Under the pieces are notes generated by a model. That model saw only the letters and a program-made list of their open reading frames with translations, was not told the origin of the DNA and did no database searches. A DNA stretch of 63,042 nt, the filler included, from Globobulimina sp. (taxonomy: Eukaryota), in the NCBI GenBank assembly GCA_003354225.1. It is 44 parts of 44 records of this genome, joined end to end, with 100 filler letters (N's around TTAATTAATTAA, not from the genome) between each part and the next. Parts side by side here need not be neighbours in the genome. Positions count along the whole stretch, not along the records: positions 22,973 to 24,307 come from PIVH01018455.1; positions 24,408 to 25,742 come from PIVH01018456.1; positions 25,843 to 27,177 come from PIVH01018457.1; positions 27,278 to 28,612 come from PIVH01018458.1; positions 28,713 to 30,047 come from PIVH01018459.1; positions 30,148 to 31,482 come from PIVH01018460.1; positions 31,583 to 32,917 come from PIVH01018461.1; positions 33,018 to 34,352 come from PIVH01018462.1; 36 more parts are not named here. One strand, 5' to 3'. Below are positions 22,973-35,283 of this stretch, piece by piece. Made by a program: the position numbers and the translations under genes. The first letter of the stretch is position 1; each line of letters starts with the position of its first letter.

Positions 22973-24183
22973 GTGCTTTGCCAGAGTTGTTGGCCAAATT
23001 GGAGGAGATTATGAAACCGACCATTTGTAAGCTATTCACTGCGGATTTTTTGTACTTTCAGTTCTACAAAGAAGAAGTTTTGGATTTCCTGCACTTATTT
23101 AGCTTTTATATGGAGCCGCTGAGCATTTATTGTTGGCAGATTTTCCCGCAAATCTTGTCCGGATATTGCTGTGGTTTATGGAGCGAAGAGTTTAACCGTT
23201 GCATGCAATGCGCGGTCAATTATGTCCGTGCTGCAGCGGTGAATAACTTGCCTTTCGAGGACTTTATAAATCAGAATTTCATGGATGTGGTGTTGACCTT
23301 TGCAGAGACCGCCATCCACGACGACAATATTAACATTTTAATGTTTACGTCGTTGTTTGAGAATTTGTTATGTTGCTTCAAAGCGAATAATAAAGCTGAT
23401 AACAATAACAATATGGATGGATATTTGGGCAGGATCTTGGAAATGGCGATGAATAAATATACTTCGTCGGAGTTGCAGCCATCGACACAAGGCGCTATGT
23501 TGGCCATTGTGTCGTTGGTCGCCTTTAATAATCCACTGCGATTTGTGCAGTTATTGCAAGAGAATGGCACTACGAACACAGTGTTGCATATATTGATGAA
23601 TAATACGGAAGATTTGATGTGGCCGCAACAGAAAGCAATGGTGTTTGGGCTGAGTTCGTTGCTGTTGCTCAGTAAAGATAATATTCCATCGGAATTGGGT
23701 GAGAAATATACGCGGATTATTGATGTGACTGCGAAGGCGGTGATTTTTATGAATTGGGAGGAGGATGATGAGGAACCCGAGGATGTGGAGGGGGATATTG
23801 AGGAGGAAGAGGAGGAGGAAGATATTGCGGAAGAAGAGGAGGAGGACAGTGTAGAGGTAGAGGAGGAGGAAGAAAAGGGGTCGGATAGGGATGCTTTGAT
23901 TGATGTGTCAGCAGAGGCGGACTATGTGGATTGCTCAGATGTGAAATATATGCAAAATTGTTGTGACATGGAGGACAATCCGGAATGGATGATGTCGCTG
24001 TTGGATGACTGGGAGGATAATTCGCAGATTGTGCCTCGGTCACAGCTGGATGAGAAGAATGAAGTTATTTATTTTTATCAATGTTTGGGCCGGTTTTCGG
24101 AGCAATTTCCGATGATTGTAAACCAATGGAAGGCGAATTTGGATAAGAGGAATGCGCTGTTCGATTCGGCAGGGACTGTTTGA
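22973..24183 (+). CDS. Importin-7/8-like karyopherin C-terminal region with acidic loop (partial; chimeric after about 24150)
   Basis: HEAT-like helices (FYKEEVLDFL, KAMVFGLSSLL), long D/E tract, LDEKNEVIYF. Confidence 0.7.
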
Positions 24184-24437
24184 CTCCCAGAATTGGGTGG
24201 GATCGTTGGCCAGTTCGATGCGCATCGCTTCCGGCACGTCGCCCACAGCGGCTTTCACGGGCTCGATGGTACTGATACCCGTGTTCAGTATCAGCACCGC
24301 GCACGCANNNNNNNNNNNNNNNNNNNNNNNNNNNNNNNNNNNNNNNNNNNNTTAATTAATTAANNNNNNNNNNNNNNNNNNNNNNNNNNNNNNNNNNNNN
24401 NNNNNNNAAATATAAACATACATATAAATAACACTCA

Positions 24438-25742
24438 GAAAGGCAAAAAAGCGCATAAGTACATCGGAATGGGCTCTCTCGTGCCGCAATTGGACCATCA
24501 TAGCTGCAAAACCGCCAACAAAAAGTGGCCCTTCGTCTTCGACGTGCCGCAGGGCCAAGGCAGCAAAACCGGCATTATGGTGTTTGCCGGCGAGTCGCAA
24601 GCGGTGCGCGCCTCCTTCATCCAGGTCGTCAGCAAACACTTATTCTTTCGCAAATGCGCCATGGTCTTGAACATCTTATCGTGTCTATACAATGAGGACT
24701 ATGCGACGACCACCGGCATCTTCCGCATCGCCGGCGAGAGCACCAAAATCGCACACTATCAATCGCAAATTGACTGTGGTATCATCCCTGACTTTGGCCA
24801 CATAATTCAGCTTAAAAGCATTCATAACTTCACCGGTTTGCTAAAACGCCAGTTACGTTTTATGATTTCGCCCATTATCCCCGAGACGCATTACGAGGCC
24901 TTCATCGATATCGGCCGACTCTTGACGTTGGACAAACGCATCGAGCAATTGAATTTTGTCATAAAATCGCTGTCTTCCACCAGTGTGTTGGTGTTGGCCG
25001 AATTGTGCCGTTTTTTGAATTACGCGGTGCAGTTCGAGGCCAAATCGAAAATGGACGCCACTAACTTTGCCATCGTCATTGGACCGAACATACTACGCTC
25101 GGCGCAGCAGGAACTGAGCAATCCTATGAAGGCGATCGAGGACAACAAGCACATGCAAACCACCATCGGTACGATGATCGCGTACTACACCAAAATCTTG
25201 CCGGACATGAACGATTTGTACAAATTCGACCGTGCCACCAACACCAAATGGAAGTATGGTGTCATCGACGATATGCCCCAAACGCAAATAAAATCGGTGC
25301 CCAGCACGGGCTTATTTGAGATGACCCAAAATTTGCAAGGCAGCAATAACAACGGCAACGTATTGAACACCGATACGATGAGGCAATTCAGCAAAAGCAT
25401 CGGCAGTTTGCCCAAGAACAGGAAACAAATTCAAATGAAACAGGACGAGCTCCAACACGTACGCTTGAAAAAAAGACACAGCAACAAATCGCCGAAAAAC
25501 ATCGCGCCGCAGTCGTCGTTATCCAACAACGTGGATTTCCGCGCAGTGTTAAAGAAAACGAGCAAAGAAAAGGCAGCCAAAGCCAAAGAGGACAACCATT
25601 TGTACCATTCGCATGTGGTCGATTTCCGCGCGCAAATGAAGCAAAAACGCAAACCGAGCGCACACAAACGGCAGTCGCTAGAGGCGGATGAGGAAAAAAA
25701 GGAAGACGAGAGCATGAATACGAGTTCACCCAAATCGCCGCC
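24438..25742 (+). CDS. RhoGAP-domain protein with upstream PH-like segment and C-terminal DFRxxL/WH2-like motifs
   Basis: GIFRIAG arginine finger, LLKRQLR..PIIP, SKMDATNFAIVIGPNILR. Confidence 0.92.
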
Positions 25743-25845
25743 NNNNNNNNNNNNNNNNNNNNNNNNNNNNNNNNNNNNNNNNNNNNTTAATTAATTAANN
25801 NNNNNNNNNNNNNNNNNNNNNNNNNNNNNNNNNNNNNNNNNNCTA

Positions 25846-27177
25846 ATGCAATTCGAAAATAGAAAAACTGTTATGATCGAACAATCATTTGTGGATCCTT
25901 CTACAATAATACCAGTTGAAAAATCAATATCACCAGATTCACCGAGACCCCCGACACCGGGACAACCGACGTTATCACAATCAGGAAATCAATATCAATA
26001 CAATGAACAATATCGTCAGAATCTACAACGACACGGCGGTCAATGGAGTAATTTTCAATTTAAAATGCCATCACAACAAGATCAATTACCACCTAGACCG
26101 TCAAGATCGAGTTCACCCAAACATGAATATCCTCTTGAAGATAAAAGAACTTCAACAAGATCACAACCAAAATCGGCTTCCTCCAATTCAAGATCATCAT
26201 CTACTGACAAAAATACCGGAGTATATAAAACCATTATGCCAAGTATGGCTAATTATGGGAAACGAAATGTTGAAGATCGGTCAGACTCAAGTACTAGAGA
26301 CCCACACAGTGGTGAACCTAGACCCAAATCAAAACCGAAAACCATAACAAAATCGGGGACGGATACTATTCGAGATTCTAGAATAATATTAGAAATCGAT
26401 AAAATTCCTTTACGATATACCGTTGCCTGGGAAGATAAAAACCAATACAAAGCAAAAATATTAGAAAACGAAATCGATCGATGGTATGACAATAAATTAC
26501 ATGCATACTATGTAAAGCATGTATTTGAGGAAGTAAAAGGCAAAGAAAGTGATATGACAGTACTACCAATACCATTATCAATATTAAAACCGAGAACGAC
26601 TATATCGGAATTCGGAAATGACTTCGATACCCGATCTGCATACCGTATACCCGTAAAACAGAAATTCTCTGTAATCGGTGATTCAACAGTAATTGGACTT
26701 GAAAATTTTTTAACCCAAACCGCGAGAGAACAAAATGTACAGGATTTTCTAAACTATACCGGAACTAAAACGTCGGGAAACGCCCTTTCTGGACTCAGAA
26801 TAAGGGAAATGGGACCAGTTATACCAGCTTTTGTAACATATGATGAAACCGTCTTAATAATCAAAGGAGTTATGGATTGCGCCGATATCATTAAAGATCA
26901 TATGTCAAATTTCATTGATGAACCAGACCTCTGGAAATATCATTGTGATGAAGTTTTGAATGAATTACAAAAAACCGTTTTGAATATCAATACCGTATAC
27001 AAAAATGTACTAATACTAGTATCATTGACACAACCGATTCTACCGTATACCAGTTATTTATGTAATAGAAGTGACATCGGGCATATGCGGATGGTTCAAA
27101 CAATAGAAGACTATATGTATAAAAAAATCGATATTATGGCAAGACATTACAATGTCCCCATTAAATACATAATGTTA
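25846..27177 (+). CDS. Low-complexity protein with a C-terminal SGNH/GDSL-like domain (retroelement ORF1-like?)
   Basis: VIGDSTV, SGLRIRE, VLIIKGVMD blocks. Confidence 0.5.
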
Positions 27178-27277
27178 NNNNNNNNNNNNNNNNNNNNNNN
27201 NNNNNNNNNNNNNNNNNNNNNTTAATTAATTAANNNNNNNNNNNNNNNNNNNNNNNNNNNNNNNNNNNNNNNNNNNN

Positions 27278-28612
27278 TCTCATTCACAAATGCCGGAATA
27301 TTTCTTATCGACAGCCTGGTGAGCGATATATGGAAATTTGGGTCCTGTAATTTGATTTTCTTGGCTTTCCATTGTGTTATCCGTCGCTTTAACTCACTTT
27401 TTTCCATTCCATCCATCTCCGCCGCCGATAACATAATGCCTTCTTTCGCCAAATATAAATTCCTTTTGTCCTTGTTTTGGATGGATTTCTTCTCAATTTT
27501 CCGCGCTGCCTTTTTATTCACAGCAATATTCACAATTAATTTGCGTCCATTCAATAAGATATTCGTCTCATTATCCAATATATTGTCCACATCGTCGCAG
27601 TTATCATACTGAATGAAGGCAGACCCTTTTGCATTTCCAGTGATTTTATCATATACAATTTTAATGGAAATGATAGTGCCAAATTGTGCGAATTTATTAC
27701 GAATCGCTTCCTCGCCAATGTCATACGGCATATTCCGCACAAAAATAGTTCTCCCTTCATTGGCATCGCCAGAATAAAACCAAAAACGTTTGTTTCTCTC
27801 CGTTTCGGCCTCGGGCTTATTTTTCTTATTTTCCCTCTCTTTCCTCAGCCACTCACGAATTAATTTGCATCCTTCTTTCAAATCAGCTTCATTTTGCGCC
27901 ATAATCTTAAAATACGTTTTGGTTTTTTTCCTATTCGCAAATTGAAACAACAACGAACCAAACACACGAATCCTGCAATTGGTGCTTTTTTCAATCTGTT
28001 TTATATCCCTATTTTTCGCACAATTCTGGTCGTAAATCCTTGCAATATGCTTATATCCCATCTCCTTTTCTCGATTATCTCTGTTAAATCTATCCAAACA
28101 GTGCTTATTTTTAATAAAATGCACACCGCGCTGCAAAGTTTGATGCGTGGCGCCGGCGAATTCAATTTGCATTTTGAGCCCTTTGCCCTTGAAATGGAAG
28201 GAACAGCCGGTCTCAAATTCGAACTTTTTCCTCTTTTCAAAGCCATCGCCGTTAAAATACAATTTCCAATCAAAATCTTTGGGTTCAGCGTCAAATGGAA
28301 TGTTCATAATTTGCGTATAGCCCACTTCCCGAATCACTTTATTGTGCAAAATCTCGTTGACAATCTTGGTACATTTGCCTAGCGATATTTTACTATCACT
28401 CAGAATGTCGATATAATTGTTATTTACATTGACATTTATCTCCAGTTTGCAGTTGCATTCATATTGAATTATATTCAGACGGTGCCGCCATAGGAAATAT
28501 TTCAACCAATCATAGTCTAACGGCTCGCTGCTAATTGGAATATAGACCCTTTCCTCGATCTTTTCCGCTTTGTCGCGCTGTTTTTTTAACATATATTTGA
28601 CGAAAAACGAGC
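27278..28612 (-). CDS. NOP4: Nop4/RBM28-like nucleolar RRM protein preceded by three KH-like repeats
   Basis: GRTIFVRNMPYD, KGSAFIQY, DKRNLYLAKEG, KLQDPNFHISLTRLSIRNIP. Confidence 0.8.
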
Positions 28613-28858
28613 NNNNNNNNNNNNNNNNNNNNNNNNNNNNNNNNNNNNNNNNNNNNTTAATTAATTAANNNNNNNNNNNNNNNNNNNNNNNNNNNNNNNN
28701 NNNNNNNNNNNNATTTTATTACAAGTGTCACATCCACAGCTACAAACATTTCGCGTATTCATCTCAACTGCGATATTATTCAAATCCATATTTATTTTTG
28801 GACCAATATAAAATGCTAAAACAAAAGCCATAGGTGTCGATTGATATTGAGATTTTTG

Positions 28859-29050
28859 AACAATTCTCATGCTATCCATGACTGACAGACAAAGATACCG
28901 GACTGACAGACAAAGCTCATGCTATCCCGGACTGACAAACAAAGCTCATGCTATACCGTAATGACAGACAATTCTCATGCTATACCTGACTGACAGACAA
29001 AGCTCATGCTATCCCGGACTGACAGACAAAGCTCATGCTATACCGGAATG
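28859..29050. repeat. Minisatellite, 29-bp unit GACTGACAGACAAAGCTCATGCTATCCCG
   Basis: About six head-to-tail copies with no unique spacers. Confidence 0.9.
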
Positions 29051-29450
29051 AGACATTTTATTACAAGTGTCAAATGATTCAAATGACAGCGACAAGAATA
29101 ATGATAATGATAATAATAATTTGAACATGCAAAAATTATCAATATTTCACTTCACTTCACTTAAAAATACATGCTTTGTTGCTCTTGTTTAAAAAACTCA
29201 ATATTTGCTCTTACTATTACGCTCCTGTATTCCAGTCATTATACGCTCCCTCCTACGCTCCGTATTGTATCACCCTGTGGTACTCTCAAATTTTTGGCGA
29301 TAACTTATTTAATCTCCTTCTTTGGATTTCACTTTTTGTACAGTTGTGGTACATTCACCTACCAGGAATCCAAATTATTTGTGTGGTTATATTTAACATT
29401 AGTTGCCTGCTATATATCCATATTATTTATATTTTAAATTCTCTGTTTTA

Positions 29451-30047
29451 ATGTCTCAACAACCCCTCCAACAACCTCCTACGAAAGATATTTTTGACCC
29501 AGTCACTGGTAAGAATTTGAAGAGACCTTTCTGTGAAATTTGTGGTGCAGATTATGTCGGTGATATGCATTCTGCAGACAATTCTTGGACATGTGTGCAT
29601 TGCAATGAATTGTATGCATTTGAATATCGACCGCGTTCTCCGGCTTCCAATCAAAAACGGAAACATACACAAAAGAAGTCTCGGAAACATGTTGAACAAC
29701 ATAGTAACGTTGGAGCAACAATAAATACACAGTTTGAACAAAAACAGGCGCATAATCAACAACTTTCAAGTCCTCAACAACAGGAACCAAATCGTATTCG
29801 TTTCCAGAGGCAATTCCAACAAACACATGATATCATCCGTCAATATGGCAGACAGTGTATTAGCTTTATTGAGACAAATCGTCAACATGCGTACTACCAC
29901 TTTCCTTTGGAAAATGCGCTTGTTTCACATATTGATCCCGTATGCAAAGGTTTTGCGTTTGTTACTGGCTCCAAACGCTCGCCGAATCGTCGTTGGTATC
30001 AAAAAGTGATGTTAGAATATCCAGTGTTAAATAATGACTTTCTTGAA
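29451..30047 (+). CDS. Hypothetical zinc-ribbon protein (3' partial)
   Basis: CEIC..(16)..CVHC followed by basic and Gln-rich regions. Confidence 0.5.
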
Positions 30048-30689
30048 NNNNNNNNNNNNNNNNNNNNNNNNNNNNNNNNNNNNNNNNNNNNTTAATTAAT
30101 TAANNNNNNNNNNNNNNNNNNNNNNNNNNNNNNNNNNNNNNNNNNNNTCACCATCACCAAATTACAACAACAAATAAACGTAATGATTATTCATAAATAA
30201 TATAAGAAAACATCACAAAAAATATAGATTAAATAACCATCATTATGACACAAGAACAACAACGCAACATATTTTACATCATCTTATATTTAACACTCGA
30301 CAGTATTTCAATAATTCCATCTATAATCAGAGAATACATATGGCAAAAAATACATAAGATTAGTTTGTCAAACATTTTGTGATGAAATTCGAAGCTCTAG
30401 TCACAGCATTCTTTGCTTCTGGAAATACATTGACAAACATTGGATAGGTATGACATAAAAATGGAGAGCATATATATTATTTGGGTTCAAATCCCAACAT
30501 CACGTTGGGTCCTGTTTTGTTTGTTTTGTGTGTGAATTAGTGCAAGGATCTATAGAAACGGCAAACAAAAATATAAAAAAAGAGTAGATTGATTGGTCTG
30601 CGTTTGTAATTTGATAAACGTCGTTCAATGATATATTTTGATAATATAATCAACATATAATGATGAGACACAGACATAGTGACTATTTG

Positions 30690-30770
30690 CAAGGTGTTTG
30701 ATAAGATCAGTACTCAAAAAAAAAACCTTTTCAAACAGGAAAAAAAATCAGTACTTATCGGACACCCCTA
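30690..30770. mobile_element. Short MITE-like element whose right end matches the terminus at 40427-40457
   Basis: Reverse complement of 30740-30770 is 29/31 identical to 40427-40457; degenerate left arm ggtgtttgataag. Confidence 0.65.
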
Positions 30771-30948
30771 TTGATCGCATTTCTATTGATCGCATACTTT
30801 GTATCGCATCATTTCTATTGATCGCATACTTTGTATTGATCGCATACTTTTTATTGATGACATAATTTCTATTGATCGCATACTTTCTATTGATGACATA
30901 ATTTCTATTGATCGCATACTTTTTATTGATCGCATAATTTGTATTGAT
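30769..30948. repeat. Minisatellite, about 18-bp unit TATTGATCGCATACTTTC
   Basis: About ten tandem copies. Confidence 0.9.
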
Positions 30949-31934
30949 TATCTGTTGAGTTTGTTGCGTGTAATGTTTGACATGATCTTTTTGAGTAAGT
31001 CACTAGTTTTACATGACAAACTTTTAATTTCTTTCATTTCCCGTCTCTATACTATTTAGAATTGAATTATGATTAATCGCAAAAACAAAGGAAACCAACC
31101 ACATTGCTGGCAAAAGAGAAGAAATGGTAAAACGCAGTTGCCAAAGTGGCGCCAAGTAATGATTCGCGGGAAATTAGAATCAGAGAAGAAATGGATTGGT
31201 ATCGTAAAACATGTTATATCCATCCAAAGCATCCATATCATGGAAAATTGAAGCCAATGCATGTTAATAAACCAATTCCTGTATGGATGATTTTAGTCCC
31301 TTCGCATATTCAAGAAGCGACTCTTATTGGATATTGGCATTGTTTATCGAAGAAATTGACTCTATCGAAGATTAAAAATAATGCAAATTATGTGCCATTA
31401 TGGACGACGCAAATGTCAACAAATCGAAATGTGGATTTTAAAAAAATATTGTATACGCCGGCGACTATGAAGAGTTATATGTNNNNNNNNNNNNNNNNNN
31501 NNNNNNNNNNNNNNNNNNNNNNNNNNTTAATTAATTAANNNNNNNNNNNNNNNNNNNNNNNNNNNNNNNNNNNNNNNNNNNNACGATCACAGTATTATGG
31601 CGTTGTTTGTCGCGTTGTTTGTCGCGCGTTGTTTATCGTTGTTTGTCACTTTAATGTTTCAAAGTACATCAAAAATGTATTAATTAGATTTTTAATTAAA
31701 AAGTGAATCACGCAAAAATTATACAAAAACAAAACAAAACAAAAAGGGGATTCAAAAACAATTATTACTGTCAAATGCTCATTTTCAGAACAAACTGATT
31801 TATTTTTAGAACAAGAATGTCTGAACGAGCACTGACCAGTCAATTAAGGTCGGATACAAATTGCAAACACAAATACAAGGATTCAATTGTGGATTGTTTT
31901 TAATACCACAATAAAGTATTTGGTCCGGTTTAGA

Positions 31935-32450
31935 TTACTCTTTTCTTGCTTCTTCTAAACATTTATCAACGGCGGCATCTACTAATGCATCGATGGTTTG
32001 TTCTTTAAATTTGTCCTTTGCTTTGGCCACCATTACCGCGGGAAGTGCCGGTTCAACGCTGCCTAATTGTTCATCGATTTGTGGCTCAAATTGACCCCAA
32101 ATACTATCCTAAATATATTAATTAAAAAATGTAATGCATACAATTTAATATATATATAAATTGAAACAAACTTTAATTGCATCTTTCACAGCATTACCAC
32201 AGGCAGACACAATGGCGGCTTGCGTAATTTCATCTTGTGTGGATTTTTTATTTAATGTCATTGTGGTATCAGGTACCGGCCACTCATAGTCAGCAGAACT
32301 GGCAATCTCTCCTGGAAACTCTCTTTTGTTATTCTCTATACTTTCAGGAATACCTTTAACTGCGTCTGTAATTGCTTCACCAACTGCTTCCATATCAAGT
32401 TCAATTTCTGGGGCGGATGGCATTCCTGGGACAGATCCAATACAACCCAT
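31935..32450 (-). CDS. Complete 150-aa protein with MGC N-terminus (putative myristoylation/palmitoylation); intron 32109-32171
   Basis: In-frame GT-AG splice gives ...KDAIK|DSIWGQFEPQ...CLEEARKE*. Confidence 0.75.
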
Positions 32451-32560
32451 TATTTTTTATTGTGTTGTAGTTTGGGGATTTGGATTTGGATTTAGTTGTA
32501 AGGATGGATGGATGGATAAGTTAGTTTTGGGGAGCAAAGAGTTGAGTTTAGTAAGATTGA

Positions 32561-32693
32561 AAACAGCTTAAATAAATCTCTCTGTTCGCTGGCCACAGGA
32601 TTAATCCGATCACCAAGATAACGGTAATTACAGTTTTTTGCGTGGTCGGATTAATCCTGTCAACTCGAACAGAAATATTTATTTAAGCTGTTT
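32561..32693. repeat. Foldback palindrome (MITE-like)
   Basis: Arms aaacagcttaaataaat..tctgttcg..acaggattaatccga match their reverse complements. Confidence 0.85.
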
Positions 32694-32728
32694 ATAATAA
32701 CCAATTCAATCATTTATAATTAGTATAT

Positions 32729-32891
32729 TATTCATATGCAACTTTTTCGTTGTCGAGGCAGAGTAACGTTTCCGAAAACACAGTTTTTGGCAGAGGGTGC
32801 TCCGGGGGGTGGTGGGTGGGGAGCCCCCAAGGCCAAAAACTGTGTTTTCGGAACACGTTACTCAGCCAAGATATAAAGTTGCATATGAATA
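32729..32891. mobile_element. Foldback/MITE with TA ends and G-rich core
   Basis: tattcatatgcaacttt / aaagttgcatatgaata and ttccgaaaacacagtttttggc / gccaaaaactgtgttttcggaa. Confidence 0.8.
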
Positions 32892-33017
32892 CGATGCTTT
32901 ATTCCCAAAAATGACCANNNNNNNNNNNNNNNNNNNNNNNNNNNNNNNNNNNNNNNNNNNNTTAATTAATTAANNNNNNNNNNNNNNNNNNNNNNNNNNN
33001 NNNNNNNNNNNNNNNNN

Positions 33018-34352
33018 GTCATATCTTCTCCTGAGGAACAATTTGCCATTGGTATAAACATTCCCTTCTTTCGTCCAACTTGTACTACATCTTTTGGTAT
33101 TTGTTTCACATATGCATCTATCTTAGATGTGTACATTACTGGCAATTCTGGACTGGCACAACTTGATGCAAATTTGTCTCCAAATGTTGGTATATTTGTT
33201 GGTATTCCGGGTAACTGTTCTGTATCCCTTTTCACATCTTCAATCGGTCTCAAGTATCCTTCTGCATCTCTCCAGTGATCCGGATATAAATGCATATATT
33301 GCATCATCATCTCCACTCCTGATGGCATAAAAACTCCATTTGCTATCGCCCATCTGGTCAACGCATAGCTTTCAAAGATCACATCGGTGGTCATTGGATC
33401 ATCGATAATAATTAAGCAGTGACTGGCTCTTGTTTTTCCTACTAATCCACGGCCTTCATCTTTCAAAAAGCCGGTTAGTGCAATTGCCGTTCTTTCTCCA
33501 ATATCTTCGTGATCATATCCTGGGAAATGTTCCAAATGTGGATCAATTTCCTCTGTTGTTACCATATCATTCACCAATGCTGCTTTCATTTCTCCATGTG
33601 TTTTTCTCAATCCTTCCAATATTTTCGTTGGGGCACTACGGCCTCCGATCCAAATAACACATCGATATTCGTTTCCTTGTGCACTATCTGCATTTAGCAC
33701 CTGTACTTCATTTTCTGCTCCATACAAGATTCGCAACGCTTCTTTTGTATATAATCGATTGCCTTCATATGGTGTAATCATTGTTATATCATGGTGCGAA
33801 AATGCTTGTGCCTTCACTATCATTGTTACTATTGACAGTCCTTCATTGCACTGTGCTTTGTTCACCCGGCTATTGCCTCTCTTTTCTTCTGCTCCTCTTA
33901 CTCCAATTATCATCAATGGCACATTCAGTCGAGGTATAGGCAATCTATTCATACAAGCATTTCTTTGTTTCTGTGTCTCTTCATCCAGTCCACTCACCAT
34001 TGCTCCATCATAATGAATAGCTGACCATGGATAATTCATCACTTTTGTAAATCTGAAGGATTTCGACAGTGTGATCTGTACTACTGATGGTCGTGGCGCT
34101 GGTTCCACTTGTTCCATTTGTCCCAGTTGTTGGTCTTCCAGACTTTCATTTGACACTACTTTCATTAATTTTCTCAACATCTTCTCTGGATCTGTCAGTC
34201 TTTCCATTGCACTGGTACATCCCATTATCGCAATCTTTCCTTTACACATTGTAAATGGAGACAATTGTTTAGTGTCACCCAGCAGTACCATTCTTCTTGC
34301 ATATGTAGGATCCAACAACCTCACTGCACTAATTCCTTCCAACATGGTCGCA
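33018..34352 (-). CDS. Upf1/DNA2-like SF1 helicase C-terminal domain (partial at both ends)
   Basis: LLGDTKQLSP, LSKSFRF, ITPYEGNR, ADSAQGNEY, GFLKDEGRGLVGKTRA. Confidence 0.85.
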
Positions 34353-34521
34353 NNNNNNNNNNNNNNNNNNNNNNNNNNNNNNNNNNNNNNNNNNNNTTAA
34401 TTAATTAANNNNNNNNNNNNNNNNNNNNNNNNNNNNNNNNNNNNNNNNNNNNGAAAATTCTGGTAAAATCAAAAAAAAATGCAGCAAAGTCGCGCAATGT
34501 TGTTGTACTTTTATCAGGAAA

Positions 34522-35283
34522 GTGAGTGATTTATCTGGTGATGATGCGCCAGCGTCATATGTGAAAAATGTATATTTTAATTATGGTGATGGTGGTCGCA
34601 GGTTTTGTAGATATTGCCGAGAATATATTGGCGAAAGGAATGGAGATATCAGTGATTATTTCGATTTATTTATTACGTATCGATTGGATGAGGAGGATGT
34701 TAAGTTGATGAGGCGAATAATGCGCGGAAGTGGTGTCTGTCCAACGTGTTATCGGCCGTATAAAACATTTGATGATGGCACAACGGATCGATTGCAAAGA
34801 TGGGAGATACAAATTGAAGTTATCTCATATTATGTTTTTCGAATATTTGTGCATATTCCCATGATATTAATATTATTATTACCGGCGTTATTCGGAGGGT
34901 TAGCGTCTTGGATCACATCCATTGCCAAAGATTCACATAAAATTACATCGGATGCTGTCGATGACAAAGATATTCAAAATATAATCACAACAGACGAATG
35001 TTATAGGAATTTGGTACAAAATGTAATTCAAAATGAAATGCAACAAAATATGGATGTATTAAGTACACAAATTGAGTCATTAAATAAAAAATTTATTAGC
35101 ATATCAAATCAGCAAAAAAAATATAATTCTCAATTGACAAATATTACAAATCTGTTAACTTCAATTGATAATAAATTGGCGGATAATACGGAAAGTAAAC
35201 AAGAGAGCAAATCACAACAAAAGAGAAAAGAATTAGGTGGTATATTACAATCTGAATTTCATTCTGGAACAACAACTATTTGA
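34522..35283 (+). CDS. Hypothetical membrane protein with C-terminal coiled coil
   Basis: Two CxxC pairs, one TM segment, heptad-rich tail. Confidence 0.55.
   Translation: MSDLSGDDAPASYVKNVYFNYGDGGRRFCRYCREYIGERNGDISDYFDLFITYRLDEEDVKLMRRIMRGSGVCPTCYRPYKTFDDGTTDRLQRWEIQIEVISYYVFRIFVHIPMILILLLPALFGGLASWITSIAKDSHKITSDAVDDKDIQNIITTDECYRNLVQNVIQNEMQQNMDVLSTQIESLNKKFISISNQQKKYNSQLTNITNLLTSIDNKLADNTESKQESKSQQKRKELGGILQSEFHSGTTTI

Noticed and set aside
28859-29050. CRISPR array
   Set aside because: The 29-bp units are head-to-tail with no unique spacers and there are no cas genes
30360-30476. Alpha/beta-hydrolase C-terminus (LCHTYPMF..PEAKNAV..F) on the minus strand
   Set aside because: It is short, has an in-frame stop just upstream, and the support is too weak to annotate
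30799-31059. ORF with IDRIL repeats
   Set aside because: It is a translation of the 18-bp minisatellite
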